A stretch of 53,522 nucleotides of DNA. Source: a virus (Duplodnaviria > Caudoviricetes). The notes below the pieces were generated by a model. The model did not search any database, was not told the DNA's origin, and worked only from the letters and a program-made list of their open reading frames with translations. Both the position numbers and the translations under genes were made by a program. The stretch lies in the IMG/VR virus record IMGVR_UViG_3300030376_000674, positions 1 through 53,522 of that record, one strand, 5' to 3'. Of the stretch, positions 47,201-53,522 are shown one piece after another. Each line of letters begins with the position of its first letter. Within the stretch, counting starts at the first letter, position 1.

Positions 47201-50200
47201 TGACCATACCAAGTTAAACGGTATTGAAGCTAGTGCTGATGTTACAGACTCAGCAAATGTTGGAAGTGCTTTAACAGGATTTAGCACAGGTACAGATGCT
47301 GATAGTGCTGATTTAATAGCTTACTATGATGTAAGTGCAAATGCTTGGGAAAAAGGAACTATATCAGATGTAGCTTTACAAGGTGATAAAGGTCAGAAAG
47401 GTGAAGGTGGAGTTCTTGGTTCTAAAGGTCAGAAAGGTGAAGTAGGTCAGAAAGGTCAGAAGGGTGAAGAAGGAGCTGATGGTTCTAAAGGTCAAAAAGG
47501 TGAAGTAGGTGCTACAGGTTCTAAAGGACAAAAAGGTGAAGTAGGTAACACAGGTAGTAACGGTGATAAAGGCCAGAAGGGACAAAAAGGTGAAGTCGGA
47601 GCTACAGGTAATGCAGGTGGCGATGGAGATAAAGGTCAGAAAGGTGAAGTAGGTGCTTCAGGTTCTAACGGTGCTAAAGGCCAAAAAGGTGAAGTAGGTG
47701 CTACAGGTTCTAAAGGACAAAAAGGTGAGGCAGGTGTTGATGGTGCTGCTTCAGACGGTACTAAAGGTCAGAAAGGACAAAAAGGTGAAGTAGGTGCTAC
47801 AGGTTCTAAAGGACAGAAAGGTGAAGTAGGTAACACAGGTGCTGCTGGTAATGATGGTACTGATGGCGATAAAGGTCAAAAAGGTGAAGTAGGTGCTGCT
47901 GGTAGTAACGGTTCAAACGGTTCAAAGGGACAAAAAGGTGAAGTAGGAGCTACAGGTAACAATGGTTCTAACGGTTCTGACGGTGACAAAGGTCAGAAAG
48001 GTGAAGCAGGAACTAATGGTTCTAATGGTTCTAATGGCTCAAAAGGTGAGAAAGGTCAAAAAGGACAAACAGGTAACACAGGTGCTGCTGGTAATGACGG
48101 TAATGACGGTGCTAAAGGACAGAAAGGTGAGAAAGGCCAGAAAGGTGAAGTAGGTGCTACAGGTTCTAAGGGACAGAAAGGTGAAGTAGGTGCTACAGGT
48201 TCTAAGGGACAGAAAGGTGAGAAAGGTCAGAAAGGTGTAAAAGGACAAGAAGGAAACTTCGGTGGACAAACATTTGCTTATGACTTTGATACAGGTACTT
48301 CAGATGCAGACCCAGGTAATGGTGAGTTAAGATTAAATAACGGTACTGTATCTAGTGCAAGTATATTATATATTGATGACCAAGATTCAGGTGGTACTGA
48401 TATACAAAGTTATCTAAGAACTATTGATGATAGTGATTCTACTATTAAAGGTCATGTAAGAATATCAAATAAATTAGATGCTTCAGACTTTGCTCTGTTT
48501 ACAATTAGTGGTTCTATAACAGAAGCTTCAGGATATTTCAAAGTTCCTGTAGCTTATGTAAGTGGTTCAGCATCTTCATTCTCAAATGGTGAAGACTTAA
48601 TTGTAACCTTTGCAAGAACTGGAGACCAAGGTGACAAAGGTCAAAAAGGTGAAGTAGGTTCTACAGGCTCTACAGGTTCAAAAGGACAGAAAGGTGAAGT
48701 AGGAGCTACAGGTCAAAAAGGTCAGAAAGGTGAAGTCGGCTCTACTGGTTCAACAGGTGCTAAAGGGGAAAAAGGCCAGAAAGGTCAAACAGGTGCTACA
48801 GGTGGAGACGGTAACGATGGTAATGACGGTTCAAAAGGACAGAAAGGTGAAGTAGGTGCTGCTGGTAACAATGGAACTAATGGTTCTAAAGGTCAGAAAG
48901 GTGAAGTAGGAGCTGCTGGTAATAACGGTACAAATGGTTCTGACGGTGATAAAGGGCAAAAAGGTCAAGCAGGTTCTAATGGAACTAATGGAACTAATGG
49001 TTCTAAAGGTCAGAAGGGTCAAGCAGGTACTAATGGTTCTGATGGAAACGATGGAACTAATGGCGATAAAGGTCAGAAAGGTGAAGCAGGTTCTAATGGA
49101 ACTAATGGCGATAAAGGTCAGAAAGGTCAAGCAGGTTCTAATGGAACTAATGGAACTAATGGTTCTAAGGGACAAAAAGGTGAAGCAGGTACTAATGGTA
49201 CAAATGGTACTAACGGAACTGATGGTTCTAAAGGTCAGAAAGGCCAGGCTGGTACTAACGGAAGTAACGGAACTGATGGTGACAAAGGTCAAAAAGGTCA
49301 AGCAGGTACTAACGGTAATAATGGTACAAATGGAACTGATGGTGACAAAGGTCAGAAAGGTGAAGTAGGTCAGAAAGGCCAGAAAGGTCAAGCAGGAACT
49401 AACGGAACTGACGGTACTGATGGCGATAAAGGTCAGAAAGGTGAAGTAGGACAGAAAGGCCAGAAAGGTGAAGTAGGAGCTACTGGTGTAGGTCAGAAAG
49501 GTCAGAAAGGTCAGAAGGGTCAAACAGGTGCTACAGGTGTAGGACAAAAAGGACAGAAAGGTGAAACAGGTGCTAAAGGCCAGAAAGGTGAAGTAGGGCC
49601 TACAGGTACAGGTCAAAAAGGACAGAAAGGTGCGACAGGTGATAAAGGCCAGAAAGGTCAAACAGGTACAGGTTCTAAAGGACAGAAAGGTGAAGTAGGT
49701 TCTAAAGGTCAGAAAGGTGAAGTAGGCACAGGTCAAAAAGGTCAGAAAGGTGAAGCAGGTGGATTTACTACAAGTTCAAATGCTCAAGTTAATAGTTTAG
49801 GTATTAACACAGCAGGCTCAGGTACAGCAGGTGAGATTAGGGCAACTAATAACATTACAGCTTACTACTCTGATGCAAGACTAAAAGACTTTGAAAGCAC
49901 TATACCAAATGCTCTAGACAAAGTATTAGCTCTAAGTGGTTACTACTTTAGAGAAAATGAGCTAGCTAAAGAGTTAGGTTATGAAAATGATAAACGACAA
50001 GTTGGTGTATCAGCTCAAGAGGTACAAGATGTATTACCAGAAGTAGTAACAGAAGCACCTATTGATGAGAAATACTTAACTGTTTGGTATGATAAGTTAG
50101 TTCCTTTATTAATAGAAGCTATTAAAGAACTAGCTGAAGACTCACATCCTCCAAAATGTTTACAAGATATGGAAGGATTTGAAGATATACAACGAAGATT

Positions 50201-50222
50201 AGAAGACTTAGAAAATAAATAA
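44220..50222 (+). CDS. Tail fibre with two collagen-like blocks and C-terminal intramolecular chaperone (S74-type)
   Basis: 2000 aa; GH.HDG N-terminus; LSEGSSNLY and KLDGIEA.AT.DQT repeats; Gly-X-Y blocks; YYSDARLK...GVSAQEV..VLPEVV...LLIEAIKEL. Confidence 0.9.
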   Translation: MAGYTRQSTFSDGDTITAAIFNNEYNAIANAFHNQTGHKHDGTAAEGPVIGVIGDAGVVTPLNKVLIDTTNDHIEFWIDDSSSSVQQVYIGNGVIAPVTDSDIDLGTNALRFKDAYIDTITTTSNVSVGGNLTVTGTTTLNGGTLTLGDAASDNVVFGADVDSSIIPDDDDTYDLGSTTQEWRNLFIDGTANIDSLVLGSGVTVTSILDEDGLTSDSASALATQQSIKAYVDAQVTAQDLDFQGDSGGALSIDLDSETLDIAGGTGIDTAGSGNTLTVAIDSTVATLTGSQTLTNKTIDVDNNTLSNIEVDNFKSGVLDTDISSVAGTDTTLASAKAIKTYVDAQVTAQDLDATTDSGTVAIDLDSETLTIAGGEGIDTSGSGNTITITGELATETNAGVATFDGTDFTVSSGDVTLNAERIQDITGAMFSGNTETGIAITYDDSDGTIDAVVSLSPFDTDNLSEGSSNLYYTNARVRSHITGSDLDMGGNKVLFGNLYSNESDLPSASTYHGMFAHVHATGKGYFAHGGQWHKLLDESSSDTGDLTEGSNLYFTNARADARADARIAASSTDDLSEGSSNLYHTVERVQDVVGGMVSSNTENGISVTYDDSDGTLDFDVNDPTITLAGDVTGSATMTNLGNVSITTTVAANSVALGTDTTGDYVDSLVAGTGVTLTNNSGESATPTVAIGQAVETNSSVTFGSVTTTGNTTVGGNLVVNGTTTTLNTATLDVEDNNITLNKGSGDTSGSADGAGITIQDAVNSSTDATIAWSAANDNFVFSHEVVAPSLDISGNVDIDGTLETDALTINGTASVPFESADHSKLDGIEANATADQTASEIRALVEAATDSNVFTDADHTKLNNIEANATGDQTASEIKALYEGNSDTNAFTDADESKLDGIEANATADQTDEEIQDIVGGMLTGNTETGITVTYQDSDGTIDFVVASQTDENFTTADHAKLDGIEAGATGDQTAAEIRALVESASDSNVFTDADHTKLNGIEASADVTDSANVGSALTGFSTGTDADSADLIAYYDVSANAWEKGTISDVALQGDKGQKGEGGVLGSKGQKGEVGQKGQKGEEGADGSKGQKGEVGATGSKGQKGEVGNTGSNGDKGQKGQKGEVGATGNAGGDGDKGQKGEVGASGSNGAKGQKGEVGATGSKGQKGEAGVDGAASDGTKGQKGQKGEVGATGSKGQKGEVGNTGAAGNDGTDGDKGQKGEVGAAGSNGSNGSKGQKGEVGATGNNGSNGSDGDKGQKGEAGTNGSNGSNGSKGEKGQKGQTGNTGAAGNDGNDGAKGQKGEKGQKGEVGATGSKGQKGEVGATGSKGQKGEKGQKGVKGQEGNFGGQTFAYDFDTGTSDADPGNGELRLNNGTVSSASILYIDDQDSGGTDIQSYLRTIDDSDSTIKGHVRISNKLDASDFALFTISGSITEASGYFKVPVAYVSGSASSFSNGEDLIVTFARTGDQGDKGQKGEVGSTGSTGSKGQKGEVGATGQKGQKGEVGSTGSTGAKGEKGQKGQTGATGGDGNDGNDGSKGQKGEVGAAGNNGTNGSKGQKGEVGAAGNNGTNGSDGDKGQKGQAGSNGTNGTNGSKGQKGQAGTNGSDGNDGTNGDKGQKGEAGSNGTNGDKGQKGQAGSNGTNGTNGSKGQKGEAGTNGTNGTNGTDGSKGQKGQAGTNGSNGTDGDKGQKGQAGTNGNNGTNGTDGDKGQKGEVGQKGQKGQAGTNGTDGTDGDKGQKGEVGQKGQKGEVGATGVGQKGQKGQKGQTGATGVGQKGQKGETGAKGQKGEVGPTGTGQKGQKGATGDKGQKGQTGTGSKGQKGEVGSKGQKGEVGTGQKGQKGEAGGFTTSSNAQVNSLGINTAGSGTAGEIRATNNITAYYSDARLKDFESTIPNALDKVLALSGYYFRENELAKELGYENDKRQVGVSAQEVQDVLPEVVTEAPIDEKYLTVWYDKLVPLLIEAIKELAEDSHPPKCLQDMEGFEDIQRRLEDLENK
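47382..48251 (+). repeat. Collagen-like Gly-X-Y block 1
   Basis: Roughly 95 triplets, dominated by GQK, GEV, GSK, GDK, GAT. Confidence 0.95.
48621..49760 (+). repeat. Collagen-like Gly-X-Y block 2
   Basis: Roughly 125 triplets (GQK, GTN, GSN, GDK), a few interruptions near the end. Confidence 0.95.
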
Positions 50223-50842
50223 TGTCATATATTTGTAGAGATTTATCTGAAAGAGATGTTGACCATCTAGAAAATACTGGAGTGTTAGATGAGTTCTATC
50301 TTGCTAATGTAAAATATTTAGAAGGAGATAAGAACTTTAATTATGCTAACTGTGGTTTAACTACAGAAGAGTTTAATAATCTAACACAAGACCAGAAAAA
50401 ATATTTTTGGAAAAAGTTTTTAAGACCTATGGGTAGGATTGTTGAAACAACACCTTTTGAAGAACCAGAGCCTTATGTATTTAAGTCTTTAGCTATGCAA
50501 GCTCCAGATGGATATATATTACATCTTTATAATGGATATATAGACGGTAATATCTGGGTAGAAGAAAGAGGTTTAACAAGACCTGATGCTAGTGGTTCAA
50601 GAGCTTATACATTTACAAATGACTTTTGGACTCCTAAATATACTTACTTAAAAAGTTTAGGAATAACTAAGATAAAAAGAGTTATTGACATGGGTGGAGA
50701 ACTTGTTGCATTATTAACTAATCCAGATAGTTACAACTATAACACACATTTAGATGCTTCAACAATGGTAGTTGAAGATGTTACCTCTACTTATCCTTGG
50801 GGTGATGTAACACATAAACATATAACAATAGATTTAACATGA
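50222..50842 (+). CDS. Hypothetical protein
   Basis: 206 aa, coupled to the fibre gene. Confidence 0.75.
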   Translation: MSYICRDLSERDVDHLENTGVLDEFYLANVKYLEGDKNFNYANCGLTTEEFNNLTQDQKKYFWKKFLRPMGRIVETTPFEEPEPYVFKSLAMQAPDGYILHLYNGYIDGNIWVEERGLTRPDASGSRAYTFTNDFWTPKYTYLKSLGITKIKRVIDMGGELVALLTNPDSYNYNTHLDASTMVVEDVTSTYPWGDVTHKHITIDLT

Positions 50843-51624
50843 GTACATTAAGTGATACAAACGTAAGTTTCGATGGAATGCGAGACCTTTTTGATAATTT
50901 AACAACTCAGGGAAGCACGTCTTCTTGGTCATTAAACAATCAAAAACATATTGACCGTTGTCCTGTTATTAATGGTGGTCAAGGTAGTGGTAAAGTTCCT
51001 GTAACGTTTGGTCAGTCTGAAGCTACTAGTACAACTAGTATGAATGCAAATGATTTTAAAAGTATTTTTAAAGTAGATTCTGTTAGAGCAACTGCTACTA
51101 CAGGTACTAATAAAAACCAAACACAGCATAACTTTACAGGATTTGGAACACTTCACGGTATGTATGCTGCTAGTAAACAAAATATTACCAACAATAATAG
51201 TGGTGTTGGTGTAGCATACGATGGTACTAATACTTATACAGGGACTGGTAACAATCAAAACTTTATAACTTTTGATGATTTAAATAGTAATTTTAATTCT
51301 AACAAAGACATTGCTGCTGTAGGATTTTATGAAGCAGGATTTACTGCTTTAGAAATGGTTGTAGTTTTTAGAGGTTCAGGAGCTTCAGCAACTGATACAG
51401 ACTGGAGTAATATGTATCTAAGAACAATTAGTGAGCTTCACGAAACAGCAGGTACTGAAGACATTAATATACAGATGGGAGGAGTTTTTGCTAACAATGC
51501 TACATCAGGTTATAATGTGACTACATATTCAAATATTCTTTATGGCCCTTATTATCGCCATGCATGGATATTACCTAATGTATCTTTTGCTGCTTCTAGT
51601 GTAACCTATGTTAAGTTTGACTAA
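50839..51624 (+). CDS. Hypothetical N/T/G-rich protein, possible fibre-tip adhesin
   Basis: 261 aa, beta-rich low-charge composition; function inferred from position only. Confidence 0.55.
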   Translation: MSTLSDTNVSFDGMRDLFDNLTTQGSTSSWSLNNQKHIDRCPVINGGQGSGKVPVTFGQSEATSTTSMNANDFKSIFKVDSVRATATTGTNKNQTQHNFTGFGTLHGMYAASKQNITNNNSGVGVAYDGTNTYTGTGNNQNFITFDDLNSNFNSNKDIAAVGFYEAGFTALEMVVVFRGSGASATDTDWSNMYLRTISELHETAGTEDINIQMGGVFANNATSGYNVTTYSNILYGPYYRHAWILPNVSFAASSVTYVKFD

Positions 51625-51626
51625 TA

Positions 51627-51635
51627 TGGTACAAT
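51627..51635 (+). promoter_or_regulatory. Extended -10 promoter, probably leaderless
   Basis: TGG-TACAAT, ATG 6 nt later, no SD. Confidence 0.5.
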
Positions 51636-51641
51636 CTTGTA

Positions 51642-53474
51642 ATGAAGAAATTAGTTATAAGTTTACAGCGAAGAACAGATAGAAAAAAAGAATTTTATAA
51701 AAATAATTTAATAAATTATGAATTTATAAAAGCAATAGACTATAAAAGACTAGATGACTTTATAGTTGATGAAGAGTTTAGAGACCCTTTTAAAAACAGA
51801 CCAGTTTTAAAAAGTGAAGTAGCATGCTTCTTATCTCACAAAAAAACATGGGAAAGATGTTTAGAGTTAGATGAACCTGTTATTATCTTAGAGGATGATG
51901 CAGTAGTAAATGAAAGATGGGATGAAGAATACTACAAAGACTTAATAGATAGATACGATTTTATATACTTACAAAAAAACGAGAACGAACCTGACAAAGT
52001 TATAAGTATAGATGATAAATTGGAGATACCTTCTTATCCTTATAATTTAACAGGCTACATAATAAAACCCTCAACGGCAAAAATTTTATTAGATAATATA
52101 GATAAAATTATTCCTGCTGATGAATATGTACCTAAATTAATAAAGGAGAAAGTTTTGAATAACGTAGTATCATTAAAGAAAGATTCTTGTAATCAAATAT
52201 CCAGAGATATAAGTCCAAGTGATATTGAAGTTCCAGCAGGTATAGCTAGAAACTTTAAAGTACATCCACTTACTATTGGCACAGATAGAAAGAAATGTTC
52301 TAGATTATTTACAAGTGCTAGGCATTGTGGAATAGATATAGTAAATCTAGGAAACAATGTAGAGTGGCAGGGAACTGACATGGTAGGCCCTGGTGGTGGA
52401 CATAAGGTAAACTTGTTAAGAGAATATATCAACAAGTTACCAGACAATGATGTAGTTTTATTTACAGATGCATACGATGTTTTTTATGCAGACAATTTAG
52501 AAACTATAACAGAAAGATACTTAGGATTTAATTGTAAGGTTTTGTTTTCAGCAGAACAATATTGTTGGCCTGATGCAGATTTAGAACATGTATTTCCAGA
52601 TGCTCCAACTAAATATAGATTTTTAAATAGTGGAACATTTATAGGTGAAGTAGGTGAACTTAAAAAAATACTAGCAACTGATTCTGTAGATGATGATGGA
52701 GATGACCAGTTATATTATCAAAAGATATTTTTAAGTGGTGAGTTTGATATACAACTAGACTATGAAGGTTATATATTCCAAACACACGAAGCAAATACTA
52801 CAATGCTTGAAGGTCAACTTTACAATCCTATAACAAAATGTTGTAGTTGTATTTACCACGGTAATGGTGGTGATTTAACCAAGAAAAAATTTGACCAGAT
52901 GTATGACAGGTTTTTTCCAAAGCAACAAAGTTTATTTATAGAACCACAAGGTTTTGAAATATTAGATGATGACATATTGCTTGTAGATTTTATGACACAA
53001 GAACAATGTGAAAGATTGATTGAAATAGCTGACAATCATGGAGGCTGGGGAAGTTTAAGTTATGATAAGTTTCCAGCACAAGAGATAAGATTAAAAGAAC
53101 TAGGACTCTGGCAAGAACTAGAAAATCATTGGCAAACACATATAGTTCCAATTATAGAAAGTTATTGGAAGCCAATGGAAATGTATGGACTTAGAGATGC
53201 ATTTACAATGAGATACTCAGTCGATACACAAAAAGATTTACCTTTACATACTGATGCTAGTTTAGTTACAGGAAGTATAAAACTAAACGATGATTATGAA
53301 GGTGCTGATTTAGTTTATCCAAGACAGAATTTTAGTAATAAAGATATACCTGTAGGAAAATGTATATTGTTTCCTGGGATGGTAACACATGGTCATGCAT
53401 GTCAAACCTTAACCAAAGGAGTCAAATATAGTTTTACTATATGGACAAACAGATACCCTGGGGACGGTATGTAA
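51642..53474 (+). CDS. Three-domain GT25 + PLOD-type glycosyltransferase + 2OG-Fe(II) lysyl-hydroxylase-like protein
   Basis: GT25: ISL.RR.DR, E.ACFLSH...W, ILEDDA, PADEY. PLOD-GT: GGGHKV.LL, LFTDAYDV, FSAE..CWPD, RFLNSG.FIG, DDQLYY, HGNG. Dioxygenase: MRY....Q..L.LHTDAS, LNDDYEG, FPG.VTH.H, GVKY. Confidence 0.88.
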   Translation: MKKLVISLQRRTDRKKEFYKNNLINYEFIKAIDYKRLDDFIVDEEFRDPFKNRPVLKSEVACFLSHKKTWERCLELDEPVIILEDDAVVNERWDEEYYKDLIDRYDFIYLQKNENEPDKVISIDDKLEIPSYPYNLTGYIIKPSTAKILLDNIDKIIPADEYVPKLIKEKVLNNVVSLKKDSCNQISRDISPSDIEVPAGIARNFKVHPLTIGTDRKKCSRLFTSARHCGIDIVNLGNNVEWQGTDMVGPGGGHKVNLLREYINKLPDNDVVLFTDAYDVFYADNLETITERYLGFNCKVLFSAEQYCWPDADLEHVFPDAPTKYRFLNSGTFIGEVGELKKILATDSVDDDGDDQLYYQKIFLSGEFDIQLDYEGYIFQTHEANTTMLEGQLYNPITKCCSCIYHGNGGDLTKKKFDQMYDRFFPKQQSLFIEPQGFEILDDDILLVDFMTQEQCERLIEIADNHGGWGSLSYDKFPAQEIRLKELGLWQELENHWQTHIVPIIESYWKPMEMYGLRDAFTMRYSVDTQKDLPLHTDASLVTGSIKLNDDYEGADLVYPRQNFSNKDIPVGKCILFPGMVTHGHACQTLTKGVKYSFTIWTNRYPGDGM

Positions 53475-53522
53475 AATGGAAGACATGTATTTTTTTTGGA
53501 ATATATTTTTAACTTTAGTGGT
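53422..53522. repeat. Terminal direct repeat, right copy
   Basis: Matches 1-101 with one substitution. Confidence 0.95.

Noticed and set aside
48831-49736. 301-aa minus-strand ORF and other alternate-frame ORFs (47962, 48039, 48934) in the fibre gene
   Set aside because: Shadows of the stop-poor collagen repeat; no RBS, low-complexity translations
47382-49760. Repeats such as AAAGGTCAGAAAGGTGAAGTAGG as a CRISPR array or DGR repeat
   Set aside because: They are in-frame Gly-X-Y codons with synonymous variation; no unique spacers, cas genes or reverse transcriptase

Overview
The window looks like a complete, circularly assembled genome of about 53.4 kb from an AT-rich, apparently lytic, podovirus-like dsDNA phage. 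It is probably marine and probably infects a Gram-negative host. Bases 1-101 repeat at 53422-53522. Two arms diverge from back-to-back sigma70 promoters at about 32.9 kb. The minus arm (32.4 to 15.9 kb) carries small early genes, several with their own promoter, leader and terminator. It then carries a T7-like replication set without an RNA polymerase (SSB, primase-helicase, family A polymerase, nucleases), class I nrdA/nrdB, an FkbM methyltransferase and a cytidylyltransferase. The plus arm (33.0 kb to the end, continuing 1-15.8 kb) encodes the terminase, portal, scaffold, capsid, tail tubular proteins, a 2000-aa collagen-like fibre and internal virion proteins. Two systems stand out. (1) A single three-domain GT25 / PLOD-type glycosyltransferase / lysyl-hydroxylase-like enzyme lies just downstream of a Gly-X-Lys-rich collagen fibre, suggesting a self-contained collagen hydroxylation and glycosylation pathway. 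(2) A csgF-csgG-curlin-like-FecR-CHASE2 adenylate cyclase cassette looks like a trans-envelope signalling device. Several structured non-coding elements were also found, including a hairpin loop complementary to the ribosome-binding sites of early genes. All calls come from reading motifs by eye; no searches were run.
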